A stretch of 64,000 bases of DNA. Origin: Heptranchias perlo. Lineage: Eukaryota. Positions within the stretch are counted from its first letter, which is position 1. The number at the start of each line of letters is the position of its first letter. Below, piece by piece: positions 61,925 to 64,000 of this stretch. The stretch lies in the NCBI RefSeq assembly GCF_035084215.1, contig NC_090365.1, positions 9,176,001 through 9,240,000 on the forward strand. The letters are read 5' to 3'. The notes under the pieces are model-generated. The model was not told the origin of the DNA, ran no database searches, and saw only the letters and a list, made by a program, of their open reading frames with translations. The position numbers and the translations under genes were made by a program.

Positions 61925-62172
61925 CCTCAGAACTACAACTCCCGAAAGGCAACGCGACGGCCACCTTGGTGCGCAGGCGCTCACGCCCGGCAATGCGAGA
62001 CCAACCCACCCCACCAACCCCAAACCCCTCCCCCTCCTCAAGTTGCCCGGCAACTAGATCCGGGTCCGCGATCGGAAGCAGCTGACACGCGCCAAAGGGA
62101 GCGAAACTGACACAGCGAAAGGTTACAATGTAGCGCGTTGGCGGCGGCGGCCACTGGACTCAGCGGGTGAGT
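61925..62172 (+). promoter_or_regulatory. Probable promoter and non-coding first exon of a downstream gene
   Basis: ZNF143 motif actacaactcccgaaaggc near 61932, NRF1-like gcgcaggcgc at 61971-61980, CpG-rich sequence, and a strong donor CGG|GTGAGT at 62166/62167. Confidence 0.6.
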
Positions 62173-63499
62173 TACAAAGTGTCAGTTTCATGTATCTTTC
62201 CAAAGTGGATACTTTTATAAATCCTGATGTTTTCCAGCCCCGCTTCTAGCGTAAGAAAGGGTCCTCTTTTTTTTTAGAAAAAGAGTTGTTAATTTCACTG
62301 AAAGATTGAATTTGACTTGAAATTAAATTGCCCGAAAGCTCTAGTTTGTGTTGGGTCCTGATATTTTAGATTTTTTTTTCAAAAAAAAAAGAGAGGTAAA
62401 GAAAGAAAAGGAGGGAAAAGGCGTGTGGGGGAGATTGAGAGGAAGAAGGTGGTGAGAATTGCGTGTGTACTACTTCGTAAATAGCGAATGATTCATCGCT
62501 CAGCCTGGCAGGAGAGAGCGCCTTCGGGATCGTGACGAAAGGAGCAGACTCCGCTCTGACCGTGTTCCCTCCTCTCCACTTTAACTCTATTAGTGCCGTT
62601 TAAAGAGAGAGAGAAAACTTTCTGGGAGTGGGTTTGTACTGAAGGGTGCTTTAGTACTGAAAGTTAGGGTAATTGGCAAAAGAACCAGAGGCGAGATGAG
62701 ATTTTTTTAGCCGGAATTATGATCTGGAACGCACTGCCTGTAAATGGGCGGTAGAAGCAGATTCAATAGTAACTGTCAAAAGGGAATTGGATAAAGGGGA
62801 AACATTTGCAGGGCTATGGCGAAAGGGCCAGGGGAGTGGGACTAATTGGATAGCTCTTTCAAAGAGCAGGCACGATGGGCAGTGTCCTGATTGCAGTCTG
62901 TGCAGAGGAGGAGACCAGGCATTTGGGTTGCTGGTGCTGGAAGTGGGTTCGGTTACTGTGGCCGAGTTGGCAGGTAACCATCTGTAAGAGCCAGTCCCCG
63001 TGGCTGTGATTGCCCCTGTTTCTATTGTGACTGTCACTGGCAATGGTCTCTGGGCGCTCGATGCCCTTCGACACACGAGAGCGGCCGCTGTTCGTGCGCG
63101 AGGCCTAGATAGTGAGTTTCGGCAGACTATTCGACTGTGGAGGGCAGCATGGCTGACCCTGGTCATGTTTTCGGTTCGTATGCACACTTTCCGGCTGCAA
63201 TCACTGGATAGTGATCAGGAACAGGTCTCCTAGCTGAGTCTTCTTCCCTCAACCCTCCCCTTTCATAATTTTAAACATCTCTGTCATATCCCCTTATCAA
63301 GAGAGAACAGATCCAGAATAGTTGATCTTTCCTCATCCACCATCCCCTTAACAACAACTTGCATTTATATAGCACCTTTTAATGTAGTGAAACGTCCCAG
63401 GACGTTTTTACAGGAGCGATTATCAAACAAAATTTGACACCGAGCCGCATGAGATATTAGGACAGGTGACCAAAAGCTCTGTCAAAGAGGTTAACGTAG

Positions 63500-64000
63500 A
63501 AACATAGAAAATTTATGGCTCAGAAGGAAGCCATTCGGCCCATCCGTACTGGTTGAAAAAGAGCTACCCAGCCTAATCCCACTTTCCAGCTCTTGGTCCG
63601 TAGCCCTGTAGGTTACGGCACTTCAAGTGCACATCCAAGTACTTTTTAAATGAGTTGAGGGTTTCTGCCTCTCCCACCCTTTCAGGCAGTGAGTTCCAGA
63701 CCCCCACCACCCTCTGGGTGAAAAAAGATTTTCCTCAGTTCCCCTCTAATCCTTCTACCAATTACTTGAAATCTATGCCCCCTGGTTATTGATCCCTCCG
63801 CTAAGGGAAATAGGCCCCTCATAATTTTATTCACCTCAATTAAATCTCCCCTCAGCCTCTTGTTCCAAAGAAAACAGCCCCAGCCTATCCAATCTTTCCT
63901 CATAGCTAAAATTCTCCAGCCCCGGCAACATCCTCGTAAATCTCCTCTGTACCCTCTCTAGTGCAATCACATCTTTCCTGTAATGTGACCAGAACTGTAC
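63500..64000 (-). mobile_element. CR1 LINE 3' fragment
   Basis: RLRGDLIEV.KIM.G...TRGH; catagaaa tail. Confidence 0.8.

Noticed and set aside
61397-63187. 218-aa, 161-aa and 156-aa ORFs near the right end
   Set aside because: Non-conserved read-through of CR1 fragments and GC-rich promoter sequence.

Overview
Repeat-rich vertebrate genomic DNA. The repeat families (Deu-type tRNA SINEs, CR1 and L2 LINEs, Penelope-like elements) suggest a cartilaginous fish, probably a shark; this is inference. The main finding is a tandem cluster of four intronless thioredoxin-fold genes on the minus strand (near 3.6, 9.0, 21.4 and 30.0 kb), each in its own small CpG island. Each has a different non-canonical active site (WCETC, WCSNC, WCGNC, WCEFC). 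All four replace the catalytic Asp26 of thioredoxin with a hydrophobic residue. All four carry a CRE-like element 59-76 nt upstream of the probable ATG, plus GC and CCAAT boxes. The fourth copy shares a CpG island, head-to-head, with a plus-strand SERTA-domain gene (SERTAD2/CDCA4-like; CDS 35865-36698) that has a probable long 3' UTR. The window also holds several hammerhead-ribozyme-bearing Penelope elements (two are palindromic with target-site duplications), a pol-less gag-pro LTR element with a tRNA-Arg primer-binding site nested in a CR1 LINE, a second CR1 lying tail-to-tail with the first, two tandem repeats, and the probable promoter and first exon of another gene near 62 kb. Repeat boundaries were read by eye and are approximate.
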